Below are positions 27,584-37,414 of a stretch of DNA of 51,213 nt, one piece after another. Location of the stretch: NCBI GenBank assembly GCA_964619725.1, contig CAZUFC010000058.1:1-51213 (forward strand), read 5' to 3'. Both the position numbers and the translations under genes were made by a program. Within the stretch, counting starts at the first letter, position 1. Each line of letters opens with the position of its first letter. Source of the stretch: an uncultured bacterium. Lineage in GTDB: Bacteria > CSSED10-310 > CAZUFC01. The notes beneath the pieces are model-generated. The model made no database searches and was not told the DNA's origin. It saw only the letters and a list, made by a program, of their open reading frames with translations.

Positions 27584-29806
27584 TGCCGGACCCTTCTGCG
27601 TATTCGCCCCTGGCCGCGGCCCGGTTACTCTCTGTTTGAGTTTCGTGTAACGGTTTTGCACTCGGTTGTTGTGCAGGGCGCGCCCCACCGCTTTCAGACT
27701 GCCGACCAGCACAACTAGTTTTTTACCCCGGGTAACGGCTGTATACAATAAATTTCTCTGCAGCATGATGTAATGCTGCGGAAGCAACGGAATTACTACG
27801 ACCGGATATTCGCTGCCCTGAGCTTTGTGAATGGTGCAGGCATAGGCGGGGATCAGTTCGTCCAGTTCAAAATAATCATAGGCGACTTTTTTGTCGTCGA
27901 ATCGGACGATGACGGTCTTTTCGTCCGGAATAATCCTCTCAATAAAACCGATGTCGCCGTTAAATACGTCCTTCCCGTAATTGTTCCTGACCTGCATCAC
28001 CTTATCGCCGTGCCTGAATTCGCGATCTCCTCTCTGAATTTTGTCAGCATCAGGATTGAACAATGGCTGAAAAGACTTGTTGATCTGAATGGTTCCGACC
28101 AGTCCTTTGTTCATGGGAGTTATAATCTGAATGTCATGCCGTGGATCATATAGAAATCGCTTTGGAATTCTGTCCATGACCAGGCGCTTGATCAATTCAA
28201 AGGCATGTTCAGGGTTTTCTGATTTTATGAAGTAAAAATCGCTGTTCTTTTTATTGCTTATGTCAGGCATGATGCCCTTGTTTATTCGATGCGCGTTTTG
28301 AATAATAAGGCTGTTTTCGGCTTGCCGGAATATCTGGGATAGAAAAGTCGTCTTGAAACGCTGTGAATCGATTAAATCCCGCAACACGAAACCCGGACCT
28401 ACTGAGGGCAACTGGTCCGCATCGCCCACGAAAATAAGATGAGCCTGCAGGGGAACAGCTTTGAGGAACTCGTAGAATATTTCTATGTCCACCATTGATG
28501 TTTCATCCATGATGAACATATCGCCGTCCAGAGGATTATTTCTGTTTCTTATGAAAGATCGGATGTGAGGATTAAACTCCAACAATCGATGTATCGTCCT
28601 GGCTTCTCTGCCGGTCGTCTCGGTTAAGCGCTTGGCTGCTCGTCCTGTCGGAGCGCACAGCATCACCCTCTTTCCCGCTTTTTCCATAATATTAACTACG
28701 GCTGCAATCAGAGTAGTTTTGCCTGTACCCGGTCCGCCTGTGACTATTGAAATTTTATGCTGAAATGCCGCCCTCACCGCATTGGTTTGCGTATCAGACA
28801 ACCGTAAGGAAGTTGCTGCAGAAAGCGATTCGATTAACCTGTCAGCGTCTCCAGATATCTTCATCACCGGAAATTCCGCCAGTTTCCGCAGATAGACGGA
28901 ACTGCCGCGCTCCGCTTCATACAGTCTCTGAAGGTATACGACCTGCTCCCCTCTATCTTCCTTTTCCAGGACTATTCTCGACCTCTCCTCTAAATTCTTC
29001 AGACTCCTCTCGTAAAGCTCCTCATCTACGTCCAATACGGACTGCACTATGCCGCCCAGTTCATTAGAAGGCAGAAACACGTGACCTTCGGAAGTCCCTT
29101 GTGAAAGCTGATGCAATATTCCCGCTTCCACACGTATAACGGCCTTTTTATCGATTCCCATTTTCTGAGCGATTCTGTCCGCAGTCTTAAAACCTATGCC
29201 GAAAACTTCCTCCGCCAACCTGTAAGGATTCTCCCCAATCAGCCTGACGGTCTCCTTGCCGTAGAATTTGTAGATTTTATATGCCAGAGTCGTCGAAACA
29301 TCATGCGCCTGCAGAAAAACCATCACATCCCTTACTTCTCTTTGTCGCTTCCATGTTTCAAAAATTCTCTCCGCACGCTGCTCGCCTATCCCCTCCACTT
29401 CAGTCAGTCTTTGCGGATCGCTTTCTATTATTTCGAGCGTATCGAGTCCGAAATGAGCTACCAGGCGACGGGCAGTTTTCGGACCAACGCCTTTTACCAG
29501 GCCCGATCCCAGATACTTCTCCATGCCCGATAACGTTTCCGGCTTAAGGCGAATATGACTCTCCGTATAAAATTCGTTGCCGTACCTCGCGTTCCTCCGC
29601 CAGTACCCCGTCAGCCTGATCCTTTCGCCCTCCTGAACATTAGGTATCTTGCCTACTGCCGTAACAAGCCTGCTTCTCCCCTTTGCGTTTACGCGTAATA
29701 CAGACCAGGCGCTCTCCGGATCATAGTAAACGATACGCCTGACTTCACCCTCCAGGTTCTCATGACCTGTTAAACTGATCTGTTTGTCCCTGTGCTCTGT
29801 TCTCAA
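27560..29806 (-). CDS. recD2: ATP-dependent RecD2-like DNA helicase
   Basis: HhH motifs (KGVGPKTA, VEGIG), ENPYRL...FGIGFKTAD, Walker A GGPGTGKTT, APTGRAAKRL, DETSM, GDADQLPSVG, TIHKAQGSEY. Confidence 0.96.
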   Translation of the reverse strand: MRTEHRDKQISLTGHENLEGEVRRIVYYDPESAWSVLRVNAKGRSRLVTAVGKIPNVQEGERIRLTGYWRRNARYGNEFYTESHIRLKPETLSGMEKYLGSGLVKGVGPKTARRLVAHFGLDTLEIIESDPQRLTEVEGIGEQRAERIFETWKRQREVRDVMVFLQAHDVSTTLAYKIYKFYGKETVRLIGENPYRLAEEVFGIGFKTADRIAQKMGIDKKAVIRVEAGILHQLSQGTSEGHVFLPSNELGGIVQSVLDVDEELYERSLKNLEERSRIVLEKEDRGEQVVYLQRLYEAERGSSVYLRKLAEFPVMKISGDADRLIESLSAATSLRLSDTQTNAVRAAFQHKISIVTGGPGTGKTTLIAAVVNIMEKAGKRVMLCAPTGRAAKRLTETTGREARTIHRLLEFNPHIRSFIRNRNNPLDGDMFIMDETSMVDIEIFYEFLKAVPLQAHLIFVGDADQLPSVGPGFVLRDLIDSQRFKTTFLSQIFRQAENSLIIQNAHRINKGIMPDISNKKNSDFYFIKSENPEHAFELIKRLVMDRIPKRFLYDPRHDIQIITPMNKGLVGTIQINKSFQPLFNPDADKIQRGDREFRHGDKVMQVRNNYGKDVFNGDIGFIERIIPDEKTVIVRFDDKKVAYDYFELDELIPAYACTIHKAQGSEYPVVVIPLLPQHYIMLQRNLLYTAVTRGKKLVVLVGSLKAVGRALHNNRVQNRYTKLKQRVTGPRPGANTQKGPASVERFHE

Positions 29807-30008
29807 TCTTCTGCTCTCTCTATCCCAAATGCCGCTCCTGAGTTTTTGTTGCTCATAACGCCGGTTCGAATTTTTTTATGTCCCGCAAATACAAAAATCC
29901 ATTAGATTACTGCCGTTGTCAAGATATTTTCATGATACTACGGCGAGAAACAGACGTTTAGCGTTATTCATGAAAAAAAAGAACCGATTGACCGAAATTT
30001 ATAATTTT

Positions 30009-30028
30009 TGAGAAACTATGGTTTCTCA
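30009..30028. promoter_or_regulatory. Perfect palindrome, candidate operator in divergent recD2/aminotransferase intergenic region
   Basis: TGAGAAAC-TATG-GTTTCTCA. Confidence 0.45.
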
Positions 30029-30164
30029 GAGCCGTTTCATCTCCCCTCAACAGGACCGATCCATTCGTTCCTCCTTTGAACAGTTTATCCTTGACTAAAA
30101 GCTTTCTTTTTGTTTGAATCTTGCCGATGCATAACTGCTTGATAAATGTTTCGGAGGATATAAA

Positions 30165-31358
30165 ATGAAGAAATTATCGAAACGAATGGAAAACCTGGGC
30201 ACTGAAAATGCTTTTGTCGTCCTCAAGGAGGTTAACGAGTTAATTTCCAAGGGCCGCGATATTAAGAGTTTCTGTATCGGGCAACCTGATTTTGAAACTC
30301 CCGGGAACATCTGCGATGCAGCTATAAAAGCCATAAAAGACGGGAAACACGGCTATACCCCCTCACCCGGCATTAATGAACTGCGAAAAGCCGCCGCTGA
30401 TTACCTGACTGAAACCCGCCATGTTGAATTCACTCCTGATTCAGTCGTAGTGGCTGCAGGAGCCAAACCTTTTATCGGCTATATGATTTTCGCTGTTACA
30501 GAATACGGTGAGGGCGATGAGGTCCTCTATCCCAATCCGGGTTTCCCCATTTATGAATCGCAAATAAAAGCGCAGGGCGCCGTACCTGTTCCTCTTCCTC
30601 TTCTGGAAAAAAAAGCGTTTAATTTTGATATTGACGATCTCAGATCAAAAGTCACAGGTAAATCAAAACTGCTCATTCTCAACTCACCGCAGAATCCTAC
30701 CGGCGGCGTTCTCAGTCGCCCGGAACTCGAACGAATCGCTGAAATATGCATTGAAAACGACCTGTGGGTATACTCTGATGAAATTTATTCCCGAATGGTC
30801 TACGAAGATGAATTCCAAAGCATCGCCTCAATTCCCGGCATGCAGGAAAGAACCCTCGTAGTAGACGGCGCCTCTAAAACTTATGCTATGACCGGATGGA
30901 GAATCGGATACAGCGCCAACGCCAAGCTGGCTCCTTACATGTCCACATTGATCACCAATACGGAATCATGTCCCGCCAATATAAACCAGTGGGCTTTCCT
31001 GGAAGCCCTGACCGGTCCGCAGGACAGACCTAATGAAATTATTCAGGTATTCAAAAAACGGCGCGATATCATCGTTCAGGGCTTGAACGACATCAAAGGA
31101 ATTACCTGTCTTACGCCCGGCGGCGCTTTTTACGTCTGGCCCAACGTTACGGAAGCTTGCTCTATCATCGGCGCAAAAGACTCCGAAGAATTCCGTAAAA
31201 AATTGCTGTATGAAGCTAATGTGGCCGTTCTGGCTGATATTCATTTCGGTCCTCGCGTTGAAGGCGAAGGACAACACATTCGGTTATCCTATGCATCATC
31301 CACGGAAGACATCGAAGAGGGATTAGACCGTATCAGAAAGCTGATCGAAAAAGCCTGA
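30165..31358 (+). CDS. Class I/II PLP-dependent aminotransferase (aspartate aminotransferase family)
   Basis: GQPDF, NSPQNPTGG, SDEIY, SKTYAMTGWRIG (PLP lysine), GAFY, IRLSYA; GGAGG RBS. Confidence 0.95.
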   Translation: MKKLSKRMENLGTENAFVVLKEVNELISKGRDIKSFCIGQPDFETPGNICDAAIKAIKDGKHGYTPSPGINELRKAAADYLTETRHVEFTPDSVVVAAGAKPFIGYMIFAVTEYGEGDEVLYPNPGFPIYESQIKAQGAVPVPLPLLEKKAFNFDIDDLRSKVTGKSKLLILNSPQNPTGGVLSRPELERIAEICIENDLWVYSDEIYSRMVYEDEFQSIASIPGMQERTLVVDGASKTYAMTGWRIGYSANAKLAPYMSTLITNTESCPANINQWAFLEALTGPQDRPNEIIQVFKKRRDIIVQGLNDIKGITCLTPGGAFYVWPNVTEACSIIGAKDSEEFRKKLLYEANVAVLADIHFGPRVEGEGQHIRLSYASSTEDIEEGLDRIRKLIEKA

Positions 31359-31370
31359 CAACCGGACGTC

Positions 31371-31405
31371 CAGGGTTGCGCCAGGCTCAGCCCGGCGCAA
31401 TCCTG
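31371..31405. terminator. GC-rich hairpin between convergent genes
   Basis: CAGGGTTGCGCCAGGCT-C-AGCCCGGCGCAATCCTG; no clear U tract. Confidence 0.55.
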
Positions 31406-31417
31406 ATCTTCGCTGAA

Positions 31418-33577
31418 TCAGGATCGATTATCTGCGTTTTTCTCTTCGAGTTTCTTCTTGAGTATATGCCCCAGGGTCATTAAAGCGCCGTCAGGCTTGT
31501 CAGGGCCGCCGCTTACCGGTTTCGGTTCCTTGTACCGCTTCTTGCTCTTGGCCATACGAGCTTTGGTTTCTTTTTCGATGACTTTCCTGCGGCTGAGCGT
31601 CAGTCTTCGTTCATTCTCGTCAATAGCTATAACCTGCACCTGGACTCTTTTACCAGTGGGATACTTTCTGAAAGTTTCATTGCCGATTGTTTCCAACTCC
31701 GAACGGGGAATCAGTCCTGTGATGCCCGGTTCAAAATTGACGAAAACGCCGAAATTGGCCACTTTCTCTACGCGGCCCTGCACTATTTTTCCTTCTGAAT
31801 ACCTGGTTCCGGCATCCTGCCAGGGGTCCTCAGTCACATCCTTCATAGTTAGAGCGATTCGTCGGTTTCTGGGGTCCATCGATTGGATGGTAACCCGTAC
31901 GATATCGCCCACCTGCACGACTTCTTCAGGATGCTGAATGCGCTTTATCCAGCTCATTTCAGAAACATGAACCAGGCCGTCCACACCAGGAAGCAGTTCA
32001 ACAAATGCTCCGAACGGAGCTAATCTGACTACTCGTCCTTCACGGGTTTCTCTAATATGCAGTTCTTCTTCTATTCTGGTCCAGGGGTCTCCCTTGGCTT
32101 CTCTGATACTGAGTGAAATTCTTTTGTTTTTTTCTTCCTTGGCCTGGACGGATAATATCTTAACTTCAACCTCATCGCCGGGCTTTACAATCTCCTCCGG
32201 ATGCTCAACGTGACGCCAGGATAACTCGGATATGTGCACAAGTCCTTCTATTCCCCCTATGTCGACAAACGCTCCGAAGTCCTGGGTGCTTGTAACCACA
32301 CCCTGAACCACGTCGCCGGCCTCCAGATGAGCCAGGGTCTCCGCAGCCTGTTTCATGGCGTGTTCTTTTAAAAGCGCAGCCCTGGATATAACGATGTTTT
32401 TGCCTCGCTGACTCAACTCGATTATTTTAAATCGGAAAAATTTGCCTACATATTCATCAGGATTCTCAATAAATCCCGTATCAATTTGAGAAATCGGCAG
32501 AAAAGCCCTTCTTCCCATAACTCTTACGTCGAATCCGCCTTTGTTGCGACTCTCTATCTCTCCCACAACAGGTATTCCGTTCTCGTAAGCATCCCGCAAA
32601 AACAAATCGGCTTCACGCTCTCTCGCCTTCTCTCTTGAAAGCTTAATATCGCCCGGTTTAGTCCGTAAAATATAAGCGTGCACCTTATCGCCGACATTGA
32701 TCGATAATTCTCCGTCTTCGGAAAGCTCCGACTTGTCGATCCATCCTTCTCGCTTGCGGTCCAATGAAACGTAAACCTTCTCCTCTTCTATCCTGGATAC
32801 GATCCCGTCAATTTCCCGACCCTTAACGATTAATCCCGGTTTCAGCGTTTTCTTCTTCTCTACAAATCGCTCTTTCCGCCTGCGACGCCCACTCTCTCGC
32901 GGCCGCCCTTTCCTCTCTTCCGGCTCTTTCGCTTTCGGCTCCGCAGTCTCATCCTTCGCTCCATTAACATCTTTCGACTCGATCTTAACTTCCGTCGCCT
33001 CGCCCTTTTCTTTTTCATCTTCCGATTCCAACTTCGCAGAAGTCTCTTCCTCCCGCTCCTCACTCTCGCTCTCTTTTTCGCTTACATCAATTTCTCCTGA
33101 AGCGCCTTCCGCATCTGCTGACGCATCCGAAGTCATCGAACCCGCTTCAACTTCAGACTCAGACTCAGTATCCTGCTCCTCTGACGTCTCCGTTAATTCC
33201 GGCTCTTCGCTTTCATCTTTAACCTGTCCCGGCGCTTCCTCCGTCTCGGAAGAAGCGTCAGAATCCGCAGCAGCCTCAACGCTCTTATCTTCTTCTGCTT
33301 CTTCTGCTTCTTCTTCAGATGCCGGCTCTGCAGATATATCCGGCTTCTCCGGCTCAGCAGCCGAAGACTCATCGCTCTCCTCAACAGCTTCTAATAAAGC
33401 TTTATTTTCGGTTTCTGTGGTTTCAGACGCCTTAATTTCCGGCTCATTCTCTTCGGTTTTCCCTAGTGTCTCCGGAGAAATTTCTTCAGCAGGCTTTTCT
33501 TCTTCCGCCGTTTCTTCCGGCAAATTCTCAGGCGTTTCTTTTATTTCTTCTTGCGGGGTTGTTTTTTCCGAATCCAT
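31418..33577 (-). CDS. rpsA: Ribosomal protein S1 homologue with ~220-aa acidic N-terminal extension and five S1 domains
   Basis: S1 repeats (NKGGFDV..AFLP.SQI; DFGAFVDIGGIEGLVHISELSW; PFGAFVEL.PGVDGLVHVSEMSW; NFGVFV..PGITGLIP.SEL). May be a paralogue rather than the main rpsA. Confidence 0.85.
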   Translation of the reverse strand: MDSEKTTPQEEIKETPENLPEETAEEEKPAEEISPETLGKTEENEPEIKASETTETENKALLEAVEESDESSAAEPEKPDISAEPASEEEAEEAEEDKSVEAAADSDASSETEEAPGQVKDESEEPELTETSEEQDTESESEVEAGSMTSDASADAEGASGEIDVSEKESESEEREEETSAKLESEDEKEKGEATEVKIESKDVNGAKDETAEPKAKEPEERKGRPRESGRRRRKERFVEKKKTLKPGLIVKGREIDGIVSRIEEEKVYVSLDRKREGWIDKSELSEDGELSINVGDKVHAYILRTKPGDIKLSREKAREREADLFLRDAYENGIPVVGEIESRNKGGFDVRVMGRRAFLPISQIDTGFIENPDEYVGKFFRFKIIELSQRGKNIVISRAALLKEHAMKQAAETLAHLEAGDVVQGVVTSTQDFGAFVDIGGIEGLVHISELSWRHVEHPEEIVKPGDEVEVKILSVQAKEEKNKRISLSIREAKGDPWTRIEEELHIRETREGRVVRLAPFGAFVELLPGVDGLVHVSEMSWIKRIQHPEEVVQVGDIVRVTIQSMDPRNRRIALTMKDVTEDPWQDAGTRYSEGKIVQGRVEKVANFGVFVNFEPGITGLIPRSELETIGNETFRKYPTGKRVQVQVIAIDENERRLTLSRRKVIEKETKARMAKSKKRYKEPKPVSGGPDKPDGALMTLGHILKKKLEEKNADNRS

Positions 33578-33589
33578 GTTTCCCCTTGT

Positions 33590-33955
33590 TCACTCATGCT
33601 GTTTAGACAAATTTGTCTTCGTTGTATATAAAATTCGACCTACGTCATTGGCTTTTTTAAAAATTCTGTGCTCTGGATCGATATAGCCTAAATCGCGGGC
33701 CAATACTAGATAATACTTCGTTTCTTCCAGATCAGTCAAGGCATCCTGGTAATAGCGCACTCTCTCCTTCGGGACTCTTCTGCGAAATCCCTCCGCAATG
33801 TATGCTGGAACATGAAAGGCCCTCGTTCTCAACTCCAGTCCCAGCGCCTGTTTTTCTTCATCTGGAAATTTTCTTGAAATTTTATATATTTCAAGCACCA
33901 TTTTGTGGGCTTTCTTCCATAAATCGAAATCCTCAAAACTCTTGATTTTCCCCAT
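33590..33955 (-). CDS. Four-helix-bundle protein (23S rRNA-IVP / TIGR02436-like), intact
   Basis: MGKIKSFEDFDLWKKAH.MVLEIYK.S.KFP.EE...L...R......YIAEGF.R....E..RYY......EET.YYL.LARDLGY. Start ATG 33955 after GGGAGAGG. Confidence 0.92.
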   Translation of the reverse strand: MGKIKSFEDFDLWKKAHKMVLEIYKISRKFPDEEKQALGLELRTRAFHVPAYIAEGFRRRVPKERVRYYQDALTDLEETKYYLVLARDLGYIDPEHRIFKKANDVGRILYTTKTNLSKQHE

Positions 33956-34117
33956 TACCCTCTCCCTGTTGATTTTTCGCAAATTTTCCGCATTCGGATT
34001 GGCTCTCCCCCCGATACAAAAAATGTAATATAAAGAAATATTTCCATTCGATCAAGTGTTTTCTGAAAAAAAAATTCAAAAAATGAGTTTTCATTGTGCT
34101 CAAAATGGAAAAGACTC

Positions 34118-36169
34118 TCAATCAACATCATGCATTTCAAACCAATCGATAATTCTGCGGATACGATCGACCCGGTGCTCCGGTTCTCCGCTCCTCGATA
34201 ATTCATGTCCCTCCCTGGGATAACGTACGTATTCAACTTCTTTTTTGAGTTTCTTCAAAGCGACGAAAAGCTCATCGGCGGTATGAATGCCTGCTCTGAA
34301 GTCATTTTCGCTGTGGATTATCAAAAGGGGTGTATTGACATTTTTGACATGGGCGAGAGGGGACCTTTTCCAGAGGAAGTCATATTTTTCCCAGGGTTCG
34401 GTATCGAATTCCCAGTCGACGAGTGTAAAAGCGTCTGAATTTCCGTAGAGGCTGATGAGATCGTAAACGCCTCTTTGAGCGACGGCAGCCTTGAAGCGAT
34501 GGTCATGCCCGATGATCCATGAAGTCATGAAACCGCCGAAAGAACCGCCGGTAATAAAAAGCCTGTCTGGGTCAGCGATGCCTTTTTCAACAGCGAGCTC
34601 GACGCCTGCCAGGATATCCTTGGCGTCGTCATCGCCCCATTTAAGGTGTATGGCGCCTTTGAACTTGCGCCCGTATCCTTCGCTACCCCTGGGGTTGCAA
34701 AAGAAAACGGCATATCCCCGTGTGACGATTGACTGAAATTCATGCCAGAATTCATTGCCCCACATGATGTGAGGTCCTCCATGGATTTCGACGACCAGAG
34801 GGAACCTGCTGTCAGTTTTCTCGTCATGCGGTTTCATGATCCAGCCCTGGACCATCAACCCGTCATGACTGCGATACCGCATTTCCTCCGGTATGCTCAA
34901 ACGCCTCTGCTCAATAAAATCTCTGTTTATCTCTGTTATTCTTTCCTCATGTTTTCCATCATAATCCGCCGTGAACAGGTCGCTCGGAAAATGCGGCGCT
35001 GAAACCGCAAACGCAAAATCTTTCGATTCGTCCGCTATACTGAATTCAGTAATAAACCGTGCGCCGGATATGAACGGCTCTACAACACCTTTTTCTATTT
35101 CCAGTCGAAAGAGAACTTGATTTCCCTGATGCGAGGCGATGAAAAAAGCATGGCGGCCATCGAAAGACAACACTAAATTCTGAACGTCAAGATCGGAATG
35201 ATCGCTTATATCCTCCGGCTCCCCGCCCTCGAACGGCATCTTTTTAATCGATATTCTCTGCTCATATAACCGGTCATGGTGAAAACTCAGAAAAAGTACG
35301 GTATCGCCTCCCGGAACGACTCTCGGACTGAAATCTCCGTCAGGTCCTGAAGTCAAAGGCTCCATACGTTTAGAACGACGATGTATTCTGACTATATCCC
35401 GGCGCACGTCGACGTCTTCATCGCCTGTAATCACGGTCGAACTGAGAAGCCATTCGCCGTCCGGCGACCAGGCGGGGGGTTCATAATCGCGATCTCCGTC
35501 GGTCAACCTTTCCGCTGGTTGATCTGAATCGATTTCCTTTATATATATGTGACTGCGCCTGCCGTCACGATACACGGTACCCGTTCGGAAAAGAATTCGC
35601 CTTACATGACGCGGATCAACCCCGTAGTCTTCTTCCGCCTCCCTGTCTATCTTTCGCTTCTTCTTTTCATATTTCGTTATATCGCCGTTCCCTGATCGAT
35701 CTGAATCCGAATTCTTCCTCTCGCTTTCTTTCAAATCCTCCAGCTTTCGCTCAACCTCATTCAACCGTGAAAGGAACGCAATGCGTTTTCCGTCAGTCGA
35801 CCATACGGGAAAGGATGCTCCGTTGGGCATCGAAGTCAACGGCCGGGCCTCTCCTCCGTCTATATCGATTAGAAATATCTGTTGTTTGCCCGCGCGTCCC
35901 GAACAAAAAGCTATCCTCTTCGAATCCGGAGACCATCGGGGATCGCTGTCTCCAGGATTTCCCCCTGCTGTGAACTTCTTTTTTTCCTTACTTTCATTCT
36001 CAACCACCCATATGCTCCGGTTATAGGCGTTCTCCTCCTTGTTGACCTCCAACAATACATAAGCCGTTTTTTTTCCGTCCGGCGAAATACGGGGTGATTC
36101 TATTTTCTTTATTTTATAAAAATCCTCCGGTATGACCCCTCTTTTGCGTTCTTTTTGTTTCTCGCTCAT
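34118..36169 (-). CDS. S9 family (prolyl oligopeptidase / acylaminoacyl) peptidase
   Basis: N-terminal PD40 propeller repeats; IHGGPH, NPRGS.GYG, nucleophile GGSFGG, HSENDFR, YPREGHEL. Confidence 0.95.
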   Translation of the reverse strand: MSEKQKERKRGVIPEDFYKIKKIESPRISPDGKKTAYVLLEVNKEENAYNRSIWVVENESKEKKKFTAGGNPGDSDPRWSPDSKRIAFCSGRAGKQQIFLIDIDGGEARPLTSMPNGASFPVWSTDGKRIAFLSRLNEVERKLEDLKESERKNSDSDRSGNGDITKYEKKKRKIDREAEEDYGVDPRHVRRILFRTGTVYRDGRRSHIYIKEIDSDQPAERLTDGDRDYEPPAWSPDGEWLLSSTVITGDEDVDVRRDIVRIHRRSKRMEPLTSGPDGDFSPRVVPGGDTVLFLSFHHDRLYEQRISIKKMPFEGGEPEDISDHSDLDVQNLVLSFDGRHAFFIASHQGNQVLFRLEIEKGVVEPFISGARFITEFSIADESKDFAFAVSAPHFPSDLFTADYDGKHEERITEINRDFIEQRRLSIPEEMRYRSHDGLMVQGWIMKPHDEKTDSRFPLVVEIHGGPHIMWGNEFWHEFQSIVTRGYAVFFCNPRGSEGYGRKFKGAIHLKWGDDDAKDILAGVELAVEKGIADPDRLFITGGSFGGFMTSWIIGHDHRFKAAVAQRGVYDLISLYGNSDAFTLVDWEFDTEPWEKYDFLWKRSPLAHVKNVNTPLLIIHSENDFRAGIHTADELFVALKKLKKEVEYVRYPREGHELSRSGEPEHRVDRIRRIIDWFEMHDVD

Positions 36170-36531
36170 TCCAAAACTTTCATTTTTTTCTTTAGTTTTT
36201 CTTTAGAAACGTTTTTTCTGTTTTCAGGAGAGCAGCGCTCTCGTTGAAAACTCTCTCTCTATACTCAAAACGTCTCCAAACGTCAAGTATTATCCCAAAT
36301 CGGCCGCAAGCGCTGAAAAGCGATGCTTGTTTTTCCCTTCCAATTGAATTTTGAGACCCGATCAGACAGGAGTTATGATTTTTGCGAATCACTTCTTCTC
36401 TTATCCGTAATGAACCGTGCCATTGTTGCCTGAGGAGGCTTCGTTTTTGTTTCCAAAAAACCGGGGTTATTCTGATCAGCGCCGATTTTCGCTGTATTAA
36501 ATTTAGGGTTTGTGATGAACGGCGAGCCGGC

Positions 36532-37377
36532 TCAGAGGCTGTGGGGAATCATATACATTAAAATAGTAAAAACGCCTGCCGATAAGACTGCCCAGGCGAA
36601 TTTTCTTGTTTTCCGCGGCGATTTTCTTCTTATGAAGAGGGGAATCAACCAGAAGATAAAAATAAAGAGAGTCTTGGAATCCGTAATATCCCATCCGAAA
36701 GGTATTCCCTCCCAATAGTTGCCCAAAACCTGTTTTTCTATGATCCATCCCAGCGGGAATCCGGTGATGAAAAACGCCAGGACGCCGGCGTGCGTCGAAC
36801 ATACCAGTTCCTTGAAACGGTTTTCATCTCCCATAACGGTGACCAATGCGAAATAGACGGCATGAATGAAGAACAGAATTGCAATCACCATGAGAAGGAC
36901 ATGGAGCCATAAAGCCCAAAACCAGGGTTTTCCTTCATGGCGGTATTTATAGTATGAATATTTGCCGGCGGATTCATTCCCGGCGCTTTCCGGCAGGACC
37001 AGTTCATTACCTGCGCCGTCATATGCCTTAATGTAAAAATAAGAGCGCACGCCGATTTCGTCGGTCGGCAGTTCGGCGGCCCACCAGTTGGTGTCCCCGA
37101 CTCTAATGCCCTCTATGACTTTTACTCCGTCCTCCTTTTTCAAATTGACATTAACCGCAGTGACGCCGTGAGGCGAAGAAGCTTTAACGGTCAAGAACGG
37201 TTTTTCTCCCGCAGGACCGTCTCCGTCATGAACGTAGCTCATTGTGAACGGACCGTCAGCAGCCGTATCTTGTTTGCCGGCCGTCATCATTAAAACCATT
37301 AAACCAAGATAAATGAAACTTATACTCAAAATGACGATCAACGGTATTTTTGTTGAACCTTTCACATTATCTTTCAT
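36532..37377 (-). CDS. Hypothetical membrane protein (N-terminal TM, soluble beta domain, ~4 C-terminal TMs)
   Basis: ATG 37377 preferred over 37482, which overlaps mtaB. C-terminal motif GFPLG...KQ.LG.YW.GIPFGWDITDSKTL looks conserved. Confidence 0.75.
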   Translation of the reverse strand: MKDNVKGSTKIPLIVILSISFIYLGLMVLMMTAGKQDTAADGPFTMSYVHDGDGPAGEKPFLTVKASSPHGVTAVNVNLKKEDGVKVIEGIRVGDTNWWAAELPTDEIGVRSYFYIKAYDGAGNELVLPESAGNESAGKYSYYKYRHEGKPWFWALWLHVLLMVIAILFFIHAVYFALVTVMGDENRFKELVCSTHAGVLAFFITGFPLGWIIEKQVLGNYWEGIPFGWDITDSKTLFIFIFWLIPLFIRRKSPRKTRKFAWAVLSAGVFTILMYMIPHSL

Positions 37378-37414
37378 TGCCTTTTCCTGTTCCGCCGGGC
37401 CCCGGCACACCCGC

